Below are positions 13,483 to 26,919 of a stretch of 64,000 nt of DNA, piece by piece (the first letter of the stretch is position 1; each line of letters begins with the position of its first letter). This DNA is from Octopus vulgaris (Eukaryota), in the NCBI GenBank assembly GCA_951406725.2, contig OX597824.1, positions 37,014,001 to 37,078,000 on the forward strand, written 5' to 3'. A program made the translations under genes and the position numbers. Below the pieces are notes generated by a model that saw nothing but the letters and a program-made list of their open reading frames with translations, was not told where the DNA came from and made no database searches.

Positions 13483-13954
13483 CATATATCATATATCATA
13501 TATCATACATCATATATCATATATACACACAGGTGTGGCTGTGGTATAAGAAGCTTACTTCCTTTCCCAATAGCATGGTTTCAAATTCAGTTCCTTACAT
13601 GTATACGTATGTGATTATATCTGTGTCTGTGTTCATCCCCAACCACCGCTTGACAACCGATGTTGGTTTGTTTACATCCCCATAAGTTAGTTGTTCAGCA
13701 AAAGAGCCTGATAGAATAATTACCAGGCTTAAAAATTAGTACTAGGGTAAATTTTTTTTTTTTTGCCTAAATCCACCAAGGCAGTGCTCCAGTATGGCCA
13801 CAGTCCAATGACTGAAACAAGTAAAAGATAAGATACATATTTTTATGCAGATATTTCCTTTTCTTAAATATTTACAATCAAAATTCTGATTCTGTGTCTT
13901 CAAAAGTAATTGAAAGGAAGCAAGTTTGAACAGAGAAACAAGAAATATAAATTA

Positions 13955-14346
13955 CTAGCAGTATCGCCTGGCATTGCTCGGGTTTGTTTCGACCCCATAG
14001 AATTGGAATTTTTGAAAAGTAAAGATTTTGCATTATGTAGCTTGTTATTCTCTTTAAGTGAACGTTTTTCTGGTTGAAATACATCGAAAAATGGTGACCC
14101 AGCAGTCAAAAAATCGTAAAAAATAGGGATTTTCATAGAAAAAAAGCACATTTTTGATGTAAATAATTTTTAGTCTTAACATAGTCCAATTTGAATTTTT
14201 TCTTCTATGGAAAGAAGAGCAAGACTTTTTCTATCATACTCTCAATTTTGGTCAACTTGCACCGCAGGGTCTCGGAGGAGATAGTGTTAGTTGAAGGCTA
14301 CCAAACCTGCCACACACAGACAGCTTCAGCTTTATATATATCGAGA
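13955..14346 (-). mobile_element. Non-autonomous Helitron
   Basis: Minus strand: host A | TCtcgatatatataaag ... subterminal hairpin cccgagcaatgccagg, then gatactgCTAG | T host. No TSD. Confidence 0.8.
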
Positions 14347-15214
14347 TTTGATCAAAATAGATATTAGTTGTTGACTTTTGAATGTAAAGTTGGGGAACAA
14401 TTTATGAGAAAATAAACTTTTATTCTAGAAAAAAGGAGTAGTATTTTGCTTGCATATTAATACTTTCAAAGGTGGCAATCTAGCTGAATCATTAAAGTGT
14501 TGGACAAAAATGCTTGATGGCACCAAGGTTAACTTTGCTTTTCATCCTTTTGGGGGTCAATAAAATAAAGTACCAGTCAAGTGCTGGGGTTAATGTCATC
14601 AGCTAACCTCCTTCCCCTAAATTTGTTGATCTTGTGCTAAGATTATTTTTTTACCATTATTAATACTTTTAAACTTTTTCCAAATGATACAATAAATGGG
14701 AGGCAACAGTTTAAGGTTGCTAATGTATGAGATACATGTCAGAGGCTAATGAGGGGATTTGAAGACAAAAGTACTTTTAGTAAAATAAATCTTGAACTAA
14801 AACATAGATAAAGCAGTAGAGGAGTGGAGGTCAAGGAGAGATAACAATCATTGTTCTTCCTGTTTAGTTCATTTAATATTAAAAGAAAGATTATTAATTA
14901 ATTGGTTTCAAATTTTGGCTCAGGGCAAGCAATTATGGAGTGGAGGGTAAGTTGATACATTGATCCCAGTGCTCAGCTTTGGTGGAATTTAAACTCAGAA
15001 GGTAAAGACAGATGAAATGCCAAGAAGCATTTTGCCCAGTGTACTAATGATTCTGCCAGCTTGCTGTCTTTAGTTCTTTTAATATTGATTTCAAATTTTA
15101 GCACTAAGCCAGCAACCCTGAAACCCTGAAAGAATGAAAGGTAAAGTCAGCCTCAGCTGAGTTTGAACTCAGAACATAAAGATGGACGAAATGCTGCTCA
15201 GCATTTTGCTTAGA

Positions 15215-15608
15215 ATTCTTTTATTCTTTTATTTGTTTCAGTCATTTGACCGTGGCCATGCTGGAGCACCACCTTTAGTCAAGCAAATAAACCCCAGGGC
15301 TTATTCTTTGTAAGCCTAGTACTTATTCTATCGGTTTTTCTTGCTGAACCGTTAAGTGATGGAGACGTAAACACACCAGCATCGGTTGTCAGCCGATGCT
15401 GGGGGGCAAACACAGACACACAAACATATACGTAAACATATATATATATATATACGACGGGCTTCTTTCAGTTTCTGTCTACCAAATCCACTCACAAGGT
15501 TTTGGTCGGCCCAAGGCTATAGTAGAAGACACTTGCCCAAGGTGCCATGCAGTGGAACTGAACCTGGAACCATGTGGTTGGTAAGCATGCTTCTTATCAC
15601 ACAGCCAA
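15215..15608 (-). mobile_element. Composite SINE family B, near full length
   Basis: Reverse complement of the 45218-45612 structure. Similar copies at 16320-16712 and 28335-28738. Confidence 0.85.
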
Positions 15609-16966
15609 CAGTTTTTGTTTCCTTTCTAAAGGTTCCAGTAAAAAATATTTTTATGTCTGTTTAACTTGAAAACATTCCCTTTCTCTACACAAACTCTTCC
15701 TTCTCACTTTGAAATACTAAACAGTTTTATATATTTTTTAAATTTTGACTTCAAATCTTCCAGGATTAACAGTGTCCTTCATGTCTTTGAGGTTGACCAG
15801 TACCATTAATATATGGGCATTAAACTCAATTGGCTCCATATCTCCCTTGCAAAATTGTGTTTCATAAAGCATTATCAATACTGCAATGGGAAATCAAGAA
15901 ACAAAAGAAACCTCACTCATTTTACAGAAATGGCATTTAGGATTTTGTAGAATTATGCAGATGTGATCTTAATCTTTTTTTTAATTCATGGCACATTAGC
16001 CATAACTATATTTCATGCTCTGAATTTTTTGTTAGACAAGAAATCTAATTCTTGTTATTACAAGTTAGTCAATTATTGGTCAGAAAATTCATAGTCACAA
16101 TCCCAGAGGAATGGTTTATTTTTCGCACTGTCACAGCAATGAAGATGGAATTTTTAGATTTACCATGTTGTATTCTTTGAAAATATATTCTGATCATTCC
16201 CTCTAAGTGCTTCCAAAATACAATTGAAGTTTATCAGATAAAAATAGTCTTCTCTACTAAAATATGAAGAAGTGATTGCAAATAAAGGTAGCAACCATAT
16301 TTATAAATCATAATCTTCATCTTTTGCTTGTTTCAGTCATTAGACTGCAGCCATGCTGGGGCACTGCCTTGAAGAATTTGTAGTTGAATGAATCAACCCC
16401 AGTACATTTTTTTAAAGTCTGGTACATATTCTGTCAGTCTGTGTTGTTGAACCGCTAAGTTACAGTGATATAAACAAACCAACATAGGTTGTCAAGCAGT
16501 GGTGGGAGACAAACAGACACAAAGGCACACACAGATAGATATAATTATACATGACAGGCTTCTTTCAGTCTCCTACCAAATCCACTCGCAAAGCTTTGGT
16601 TTGCCCGAGGCTATAGTAGAAGACACTTACCCAACATGCCATACAGGAGAATTGAACCCAAAATCATGTGGTTGGAAAGCAAGCTTCTTACCACACAACC
16701 ATGCCTGTGCCTATGAAAGTAAATTTTCAAAAGTCAACCTAAAACAATACAGTTGTTAGTCTTTTTAATAATTTTGAGAGAAACCAAACCAAAGAACCAA
16801 GTTTTGGATTAGTAAACCTCTCCCAAGACACAACAACAAAAAAAAAGGAAAAAAAAACACAAAATATTTCAACAATTATGTTGTTTTAAACCCAAAATCC
16901 ACTAATCAAAGTTGTTCCAATCATAGCTATTCTGTCTTTTTGTATTTATGGAACTACATGGTACAA

Positions 16967-17116
16967 TTCCGCCGAGGTCGACTTTGCCTTTCATCCTTTC
17001 GGGGTCGATTAAATGAGTACCAGTTACACACTGGGGTCGATGTAATCAACTTAATCCGTTTGTCTGTCCTTGTTTGTCCCCTCTGTGTTTAGCCCCTTGT
17101 GGGTAGTAAAGAAATA
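16967..17116 (+). mobile_element. 5'-truncated SINE family A with TSD
   Basis: Starts mid-body, ends gtaaagaaata, flanked by ggtacaat on both sides. Confidence 0.8.
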
Positions 17117-17375
17117 GGTACAATGTCTCCTTTTAATTTTAGGATCCTAGGATGAAATTAAAAGAAATTTGGCTGTTATTTCTAACAGTTGAGTGACTAT
17201 ATAGAGTCTCTTACATTACTCAACAGTGTTTGATAACCCAATAAACATTATTTACTTTTTCCATGGGTATTAATGTATCATGAGTAATTCTACAGGTCTT
17301 TGACAGACATCCCGATATGGGATACTAAGTAGAAGCTGATTGGTTCATCTGCTGCAACATATATTAAACTAACCA

Positions 17376-17419
<44 letters not shown>

Positions 17420-17557
17420 CTGTATGTAGATCCTATTAAATTTTTAAAATGAAATGTTTTTGCATAAACACTGACTTTATAATCATTTGATTTGTGTAAA
17501 GATTTTTGAATATTTTCTATATATGTTTAGTTGTGTGTGTGTGCATGTGTGTGTGCA

Positions 17558-17573
<16 letters not shown>

Positions 17574-17630
<57 letters not shown>

Positions 17631-17652
17631 CAACAACAACAACAACAACAAC

Positions 17653-17707
<55 letters not shown>
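17574..17707. repeat. (AAT)n(AAC)n(AAT)n microsatellite
   Basis: Direct inspection. Confidence 0.95.
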
Positions 17708-17864
17708 TTAGGGAGTACATAGTCTTTTTACTTATTATATATTGTTTATTCATTTTTGTACTTTTTGTGATCTAGTTATATGTTTTATAATATATTTTAT
17801 ATTTTATGATATATTTTATTTATGTCTATCATTGTTTGAATTACATAATAGTGCTTTTTCTCTA

Positions 17865-17910
<46 letters not shown>

Positions 17911-17913
<3 letters not shown>

Positions 17914-18560
17914 GCCATCAAGACTAAACGCCAAGGAAAACTGATGAGCGAGGACTTGTTTCATCACGACAATGCTCCAGCACACCAGACATTAATTTCA
18001 ATGGTTGCTGTGCATGGCTGTGGCTTTGAGCTGATTGACCACCCTCTCTGTTCTCCTGACTTGGCCCCATCTGACTATCATGTGTTCCCCAACAGGGACA
18101 ATACTTAACTGGGAACCAGTACCGCAGTGATGATGACACCATATCTGCTGTCAATGGCGGCAAGCTGGCAGAAACGTCAGCACGCCGGACGAAATGCCTA
18201 GCGGTATTTCGTCTGTCGTTACGTTCTGAGTTCAAATTCCGCCGAGGTCAACTTTGCCTTTCATCCTTTCAGGGTCGATAAATAAAGTACCAGTTTCACT
18301 CTGGGGTCGATCTAATCGACTTAATCCGTTTGTCCCCTCTATGTTTAGCCCCTTGTGGGCAGTAAAGAAATACATATCTGCTGTCAATGACTTTTCCGAC
18401 CAACAGGATGCCAGTTTCTTCATCAATGGGATCCAACCACTGCAACACTGATGGAAAAGTGTGGACCGCAAGAGGGACTATTTTGAAAAAGAAACCTTAT
18501 TTGGTCACATTCCATGAGAGTTTCTTTGTCAGCCTATGAACTTTTCAGCTGACCCTCGTA
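17911..18560 (+). mobile_element. mariner 3' portion interrupted by a SINE
   Basis: FHHDNAPAH...CGFELIDHPLCSPDLAPSDYHVFP motifs. Right TIR cagcctatgaacttttcagctgaccctcgTA. Confidence 0.9.
18157..18372 (+). mobile_element. Young full-length SINE family A nested in the mariner
   Basis: 17-bp TSD catatctgctgtcaatg at 18140-18156 and 18373-18389; CpGs retained. Confidence 0.92.
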
Positions 18561-18576
18561 TGTAATGCATGCATTG

Positions 18577-18730
18577 TATGTATGTATGTATGTATGTATG
18601 TATGTATGTATGTATGTATGTATGTATGTATGTATGTATGTATGTATGTATGTATGTATGTATGTATGTATGTATGTGTATGTATGTGTGTATGTATGTA
18701 TGTGTGCATGTATGTATGTATGTATGTATG

Positions 18731-18761
<31 letters not shown>

Positions 18762-19305
18762 GTATGTATGCATGCATGTATGTGTGTATGTATGTATGTA
18801 TGTATGTGTGTGTGTATGTATGTATGTATGTGTGTGTATGTATGTATGTATGTATGTATGATGCATGTATGTATGCATGTATAAATGTATGCATACTTGC
18901 ATGTACGCATGAATGTATGTATGTATGTATGTATGTATGTATGTATGTATGTATGTATGTATGCATGCATGTATGTATGTATGTATGTATGCATGTATGT
19001 ATGTATGTATGCATGTATGAATGTATGAATGTATGTATGTATGTATGTGTGTATGATGCATGTATGTATGCATGTATAAATGTATGCATACTTGCATGTA
19101 CGCATGAATGTATGTATGTATGTATGTATGTATGTATGTATGTATGCATGCATGTATGTATGTATGTATGTATGCATGTATGTATGCATGTATGAATGTA
19201 TGAATGTATGTATGTATGTATGTATGTATGTATGTATGTATGTATGTATGATGCATGTATGTATGCATGTATAAATGTATGCATACTTGCATGTACGCAT
19301 GAATG

Positions 19306-19339
<34 letters not shown>

Positions 19340-19380
19340 TGTATGTATGCAAGCATGTATGTATGTATGTATGCATGCAT
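18577..19380. repeat. (TATG)n array with a 195-bp higher-order unit
   Basis: Marker atgcatgtatgtatgcatgtataaatgtatgcatacttgcatgtacgcatgaatg occurs at 18861, 19056 and 19251. Confidence 0.95.
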
Positions 19381-19382
19381 GC

Positions 19383-19423
19383 CTGTATCTGTTGTTTTAA
19401 TTGCCAAGACACTCTGTGACGAC
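19383..19423 (-). CDS. Candidate 41-bp exon with GC donor (SSQSVLAIKTTDT or RHRVSWQLKQQIQ)
   Basis: Strong acceptor ttttctgtttccag and donor CAG|GCATGC. The phase 2 to 1 reading joins the 12223 exon as ...TTDT-D-TFKDSE. Confidence 0.35.
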
Positions 19424-20401
19424 CTGGAAACAGAAAACCATCATCTATCTATTTGTTACCAGAGAGAAAAGCATGAGAAAACAGAATTGACAATAAATTA
19501 CTATTTTGCGATGTTGACGTATTTGTTTCCAGACCGATGTCTTCCTATTCTCCATGTGGATATCAGCTTATCACATGAATTCTGTGAGTCAGTATTATAC
19601 AAAGAAATATCAATCATGAAATAGAAAGCAATAGCAAGTATCATATTGTATAACTGATGAAGAATATATTAATTTCATTAAAAACAAGTTTTTGTCGCAG
19701 TGCTAAACTGAGATGAGGGTGGGGAATTAGTGCCATAATATGGCGATTTGACATTCTATATTTTGTGAAAATCTGGCTGATATTAGTCAGATTATTCTGA
19801 ATAAATAAATGCAAACCAAAAGAGAATGGAAAAACCAACAATCAGATTAGATCATGTTTCTAAATCTAAAATGGTTTCAAATTTTGGCACAAGGCCAGCA
19901 ATTCAGGGGAAAGGGTAAGTTGATTACATCAATCCCAGAGTTCAACTGATACTTATTTTATTGACTCAAAAAAAAAAAAATGTAAGACAAAATTGACCTG
20001 GTGGAATTTGAACTCAGAATATTAAGACATGAAATGCCATTAAGCATTTTGTCCAGCATGCTAACAATTCTGCCAGTTCACCTCCTTCATCAATGAATAT
20101 ATCGAGATTGGTTAGAAATATGGAATTGATTTTTACAAGGAGTGTAAGAAACATGAACACTCAGATGTATTCATGAAAGAAAATAGGATGCGCTTAAATT
20201 TGGGCTTTTCCAATAACTTAGCAGCTCAACAAATGGGCATCAATTAAATAAGACTGAGATAATGAGATAACTACTAAGGTGGGTACAATCAATTAAACTC
20301 TTGTAGATAATGCTCCAGCATGGTTGCAATCCTATAACAGAATCAAATAATAACACCATATATATGTGTGTGTATGTATATAAATATATATATATATATA
20401 T

Positions 20402-20582
20402 AGGGAGAGTTTATGAAAAAAACAAAAGACGAAGACAGGTGGTGTACAAAACAAACAGATGTATTAGTATAATGCTCAGGAATAGAAAAAGTCTTTTACG
20501 TTTCGAGCCTACGCTCTTCTACAGAAAGGGACACAGAAAAAAACAAGGAGAGAAACATGGAGTGAAAAAAATGTGTAGTGGC
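20402..20582 (-). mobile_element. Penelope-like terminal fragment with minimal hammerhead motif
   Basis: Minus strand 20528-20493 reads cttt CTGTAGA a gagc-gtag-gctc GAAA cgta aaag. Confidence 0.6.
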
Positions 20583-20749
20583 ATATATATATATATATAT
20601 ATATATATGCTGTAGAAACTTTGCCAATTCAGACTGCAGCCTGGTGCAGCCATCTGGTTCACCAGTCCTCAGTCAAATCATCTACATATATTCATATATG
20701 TACACATGCACACACACACATATGTGTGTGTGTGTGTGTCTCTATATGG

Positions 20750-20918
<169 letters not shown>

Positions 20919-21959
20919 GGCATAGAAATACATGTACAAATACACATATACACATACAAGTAAGCATCTGTATATATTATTATACTTGGGATGGTCATTT
21001 TTTTGATAATTATATATATATATAAATATATGACTATATCTATATATATATCTATATGCATATGTGTGTGTGTGTGTGTATATATATATATGTGCATGTA
21101 CGTATGTAAGTATGCATGTATTGTGTGTGTCTGAGTAGATATAGTGATAGTACTTCGGGATTAACCAAAAATACAAAACGAAATATATACCAAAATCAAA
21201 TCAACTAGAATATTTCTATTCCTACTTTAGAATGAATTATTTTATTGAGTGCAGAGTAGAACAGATTCAGTGGCCAAAGCTGAGAACGAATGAATGAGTC
21301 AGGCTGCATCGTCTGTTGGTCGGTCGGTCGGCCATCGCCATCGCTGCTGTCTTCATTTTGACCTGACTTTCTCTCTTCCTCTCCTCCGACTGCTTCTACT
21401 TTTACAAACTGGTGATGGTGTGAGGGGGAGACGGCGTGGTGGTGTGAGGGAGGATGGCGTGGTGGTGTGAGGGGGACGGGGGTGGTGGTGTGAGGGGTTG
21501 ACTCAGCAACAACTGTGCATTGGCAGTAACAACTCTATTGTTGAGCAACGTTTGAAGAGAATTGCCAAAGAAGAGAAAAGGATGAAAGAAGAATAGAATA
21601 AAAGAGGTTCCTCCACTAAAAGAGCAATTTTCTGCTAGATTTACTGGGGCAAATATTTCTTTTATCTTTTTCTTTTCTCATCTGTTGTTTGTTTTAGTCA
21701 TTAGACTGTAACCATACTGGGGCACTGCGTTGAAGAATTTTTAGTCAAATAAATTGACTCCAGTACTTTTTTTTTTTTTTTTCTAAGCCTATCGGTCGCT
21801 TTTGCTGAACTCCTAAGTTACAAGGATGTAAACACACCAACACCGGTTGTCAAGCGGTGGTGGGTAACAAACACAAACTGACAGTCATGTGCACATTGAT
21901 ATTCTTTTATTCTTTTACTCGTTACAATCATTTGACTGTAGCCAAGCTGGAGTACCACT

Positions 21960-22175
21960 TTGACCCTTTTGTTACCATATTTCTGCTGAGATGTTCTGTG
22001 TTTCTTTCAATTACTTTAAATATAACAAAGAATAAGTTTGTTATTATTCAGCTAGTGTTAGGAACATAAATTGTGATCAAGGTTGGTGGAAGATTTTAAT
22101 TCAAAACTTATGAAACAAGACATTTGTACTCAGAGCCAGAGCCAGTTTCAGCCAGGTTGGTAATGAAAGGGTTAA
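21960..22175. mobile_element. piggyBac-type MITE (second family) nested in a SINE
   Basis: TTGA-CCCTTTTGTTACC...GGTAATGAAAGGG-TTAA termini. A second copy at 39882-40108 has TTAA at both ends. Confidence 0.8.
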
Positions 22176-22366
22176 AGGGTTTTAGTCGAAGAAATCGACT
22201 TCAGGGTTTATTCTTTGTAAGCCTAGTATCTATTCTGTCAGCCACTTTTGCCAAACCATTAAGTTACGGGGACATAAACAGACCATCATCGGCTGTCAAG
22301 TGATGATGGATGAATGAACACAGACACAAAGACACACACACATAAATGTATACATACATATATCTC

Positions 22367-22605
22367 CCGAGCCATGCCAGGCTCATTAGGGCCGGTTTCC
22401 CAGTTTCGGTGGCGTAGAAATTAGTCACCTGGATGGGACGTCGGGCTGTTGCAGGATTACTCATTTTTGCCAGCTGAGTGGACTGGAGCAATGTGAAATG
22501 AAGTGTTTTGCTCAAGAACACAACACATCGCCCAGTCCAGGAATCGAAACCACAACCTTATGATCATGAGTTCAACACCCTAACCACTAAGCCATGCACC
22601 TCCAC
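22367..22605 (-). mobile_element. tRNA-derived SINE (family C)
   Basis: Minus-strand head tggcttagtggttagg...ggtttcgattcc. Body shared with 4795-5010 and 54861-55176. Confidence 0.8.
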
Positions 22606-23254
22606 ACTTGCATATATATATTGAGAAGTAATGTTTGTCATCACTTCAATATGGCTGTTCTGTACAAACCAACACTGCTGTCCTATTTTAACCACAAGAG
22701 GACACCTCCTCCAGCTGGTTATGAATGCAGTCTGCACCCAGTATATATTGGTAGAGATATCTCACATAAGAGAATTGATATAGAATTAAGGCTTTAAAGC
22801 CCTATCAAACCGATACCAACATAAAACAGTAAATTTGAGAAGAATAATGATGGTCTTCAGCAGCAGCAGCAGAAGCAGTTGCAACAGCAGTAACTTCATC
22901 TACAAAAAGTAATCTCTAAAGAATGCTTCCCACTTCTTCACACCAGACTTTAAATTTAGGCTGAAGAGTAAATGTTTACCTTTGATTAACCCTTTAGCAT
23001 TCAGATTAATCTAACAAATGTAATGCTTATTGATTTACATTATTTTGAATTCATTCATGCATTATCACATAGTTTCGAGATTTCGATGATGTGACTGTTT
23101 ATTTTTAAAATGACATTGTAGGATAGGTGTGAGAGGCCAGATCTGACTGATTTGAAGATAAAACAGGTAGACTATTTTGGCCGGATATGGCCAGTTTGAA
23201 TGCTAAAGGGCTAAATGTTGTACAGACACAAACAGCAAGTGTGAGAGGGAATAA

Positions 23255-23607
23255 ACACACACACACACACATTATTTCTCCCTCTCTCTCACACACACAC
23301 ACGTTCTTTCTCTTACACACACATTTCTTTCTCTCTCACACTCACACATGCATATGCACTCTTTTTCTCTCTCTCTTTCTCTCTCCCTCTCTCTCTCTCT
23401 CTTTCACATACACAATTCTCTCTTTCTCTTACACACTCTCTCCCTCTCTTACATACTTTCTTTCTCTTACACACACATCTCTTTCTCTCTCACACACACA
23501 TGCATATGCACTCTCTTTCTCTCTCTCTCTCTCTTACACACTTTCTTTCTCTTACACACATACATCTCTTTCTCTCTCACACACACACATGCATATGCAC
23601 TTTCTTT

Positions 23608-23642
<35 letters not shown>

Positions 23643-23868
23643 ATTCTCTCTTTCTCTTATACACTCTCTCCCTCTCTTACACACACACTCTCTCTCTCTC
23701 TCTTACACACCTCACCCTCTCTCTCACACACACACATACACACTTTCTCTCATACACACTCTCTATATCTCTCTCACACTCTTTCTTTTTTTCTCTCACA
23801 CACACACTCTCTGTCTGTCTATCTGTCTCACATGCACACACACACTCATGCACACACACACACACACT
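23255..23868. repeat. Compound (CT)n/(CA)n low-complexity array with recurring cacatgcatatgcact units
   Basis: Direct inspection. Confidence 0.9.
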
Positions 23869-24401
23869 TAACAAACACTCATCTGTTTGATTCAAATCCT
23901 CAGTTTCATCCTTTGAGTTGTTTCCTGCCAATTAAGGCCAATCAAAATGTAAGCTGCTATTCTTTTGTTGATTCAGACATTGTTGTAAGGTCTTTAGTAT
24001 TTGTTAATGATTAGTATCTCGCTGCAAGTGATTTGTTTCTTCAGTAATTTGATTTTGGTCAGTCAACAAGACTTGACACAGTCAAACGATTTTGTATGCT
24101 TCATAAGCAATAATAACTTTAATTTGTTGACATGTTGGTATCTCAATTCATTGCAAAGGATGAGAAAATAAAAATATTTTTCATTTTATTTCAAGTTGGA
24201 TTTCAGGCATGGCTGTGTGATAAGAAGCTTGCCTCCCAACCACATGGTTCCAGGTTCAGTCCTACAGTGTGGCATCTTGAGTAAGTGCCTTCTGCTATAG
24301 CCTTAGGCCAACCAAAGCCTTATGATTAGATTTGGTAGATGGAAAGAAGCTTGTCATATATATACATATATATTGAGACTCCCTTCGGTCATGACTGACT
24401 G

Positions 24402-24904
24402 TGGGATTGCACCTAGAAAGTTACCCTCCCAGGCACAAGTCTGGGCAAGGTTGTTTATGGAAGACCAGCAGTCGCCCATGCATACCGGCCTCCCCTCTCC
24501 ATGCCACCAGTGTTATCCAAGGGAAAGGCAACAGCAGATACAGCTTGACACCTGTGATATCGCAACTCATTTCTACAGCTGAGTGAACTGGAGCAACGTG
24601 AAATAAAATGTCTTGCTCAAGAACACAACATGCAGCCTGGTCCAGGATTCAAACTTGAATCCCGGACCAGGCTGCATGTTGTGTTCTTGAGCAAGACATT
24701 TTATTTCACGTTGCTCCAGTTCACTCAGCTGTAGAAATGAGTTGCGATATCACAGGTGTCAAGCTGTATCTGCTGTTGCCTTTCCCTTGGATAACACTGG
24801 TGGCATGGAGAGGGAGGCCGGTATGCATGGGCGACTGCTGGTCTTCCATAAACAACCTTGCCCAGACTTGTGCCTGGGAGGGTAACTTTCTAGGTGCAAT
24901 CCCA
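24402..24904. repeat. ~500-bp near-perfect palindrome of two head-to-head SINE bodies
   Basis: Arms 24402-24652 and 24655-24904 differ by one substitution and one 1-bp indel; the spacer is AC. Confidence 0.95.
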
Positions 24905-25601
24905 TGGTCTGTGTCGTGACCAAAGGGGTTCTCAGATAGGGTGGACAACATGTTGCTGCTCTCCTCAGGGAGTTAGAGGACCACATCTCATTTGTAAGTC
25001 AGATTTTGGTTTAATTTCTACCACTGGATACCTTTCCTAATATCAACCTCCTTCTAGGGTGTACTGGGTTTATTTTTTGTAGTACTAACATTAAAGAGGC
25101 TGACATGTGTTAGTCAAGGTTAAAGCGACCTCTTAATCTCATACTCAACAAAGTGCACAGGGTGCACTCTACTGTGACTCCAGCACTTGAAAAGATAGGG
25201 GTGATTGCATGATAGATAGCAAGGGTGGAAGAATGGAGAGAGTGAATGATACCAAATGCCATATAAATTTATCTATACATATATGTGTGTGTGTGGTATA
25301 TAAATTTATTTTTGTGTGTGTGTGTGTTTGTGCAAGAGAGAGTAACAGAATGCGAGGCAGTGAAAAAAATACATAGATATATTGATAAAGTTATGTGTCT
25401 GCATGTACTCATCCATAGGAGAGCATGTGTTTACATTTAAATAATATCTGTGTATGTGTTGTGCATGATGAATGTGAGTTATTGGGAGTGAGTTTATGTT
25501 TGCGTTTGTATATGCTTGCATATATGTGTGTGTGTCTGTGTTTGTATATAAGTGTGTTCTTGAAAGCAATTCTATCATGACTCATTTGTATGACTGTAAA
25601 C

Positions 25602-25656
25602 CTGTTTCTTTAATTCCTCATCAGTTTCTTTGAGGGGTTCCTGACACTGAACTCTT
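25602..25656 (-). CDS. Candidate internal exon (RVQCQEPLKETDEELKKQ)
   Basis: Acceptor cttttaacag, donor CAG|GTTTAC, only one open frame (phase 2 to 0). Compatible with 34445-34564. Confidence 0.4.
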
Positions 25657-26025
25657 CTGTTAAAAGTGTGGGAGGTTTGTCTTCAGATTCCACTCACACA
25701 CAAAAACAGGATGGTTTCCATGGTTACATCTACATTCACTTTATACAATATTCTTGACAAATTGAGACAAATAATGAAATTTCTCTTAATTATTTGTCTC
25801 AACACAGCAATTATACATATTTCACAGATCAGTCTGAAACTCATAAACTTCATAGTTTCTACATATTTCATATTTTTTGTACAATTTACAAACAAAGCCA
25901 GTATCCAGTTCTCGGGTATTTCTCACAGGAATTGACCATACATTATTTTTCTTTCAAGGTATCATTCTGTCTGTTTTGTTTAAAATTCTCCCTTTTCCTT
26001 TGATTCATCACTGCTTAGGACTTCC

Positions 26026-26036
26026 ATTATTATAAC

Positions 26037-26108
<72 letters not shown>

Positions 26109-26133
26109 CATCATCATTATTATTATCATCATT

Positions 26134-26207
<74 letters not shown>
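26026..26207. repeat. (ATT)n/(ATC)n microsatellite
   Basis: Direct inspection. Confidence 0.95.
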
Positions 26208-26759
26208 CGTAAGATGGTGAGCTGGCAGAAACATTAGCATGCCGGGTGAAATGCTTATTGGTATTTCGTCTGTCTTTAGGATCAATGAATTAAGTACCAG
26301 TTGCATACTGGGGTCAATCTAATCAACTGGCTTCCTCCCCAAAAATTTCGGGCATTGTGCCTAGAGTAGAAAAGATTATTATTATTATCATTATTGTCAT
26401 CATCATCATCATCATCATTATTATTATTATATATTTTATATCTGTTGGTTTCTAATGACAGTTTTACTGATGTTGAGAGTGGCAAGGGAGTGTTTGTACC
26501 TCAATGGAAAACAAATATCTCATGGGATTTCATTTTTAAAGTACCAGGTTTTCAGAGTTTTTTTTATTTTATATATACTGATCTTTATATCCACAGTAAA
26601 TATACATCAGTGAAAGATTATGCACACACAGACACACACACATACATATGTACATTCAAACATACCAAATTCACACATCCTCTTCCTCCTTCTCCTCCTC
26701 CTCCTCTTATGCCTCTTCTTTTCCTCCTTGATGACAATAACAATGATGATGACGACGAC

Positions 26760-26811
<52 letters not shown>

Positions 26812-26919
26812 TAAACAGATTTAAATCTATTTTATCTCTGTTTACATGATTTAAAGAGACGTGTCACCCTTCAAACCACTTTCCCTTTTAGATTTGCCTC
26901 AAGTTTCTCTCTTTATTTC

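Noticed and set aside
18529-19624. Long ORFs of 208-292 aa (HTYI/MYVC repeats)
   Set aside because: Stop-free read-through of the (TATG)n microsatellite in several frames; not a credible protein.
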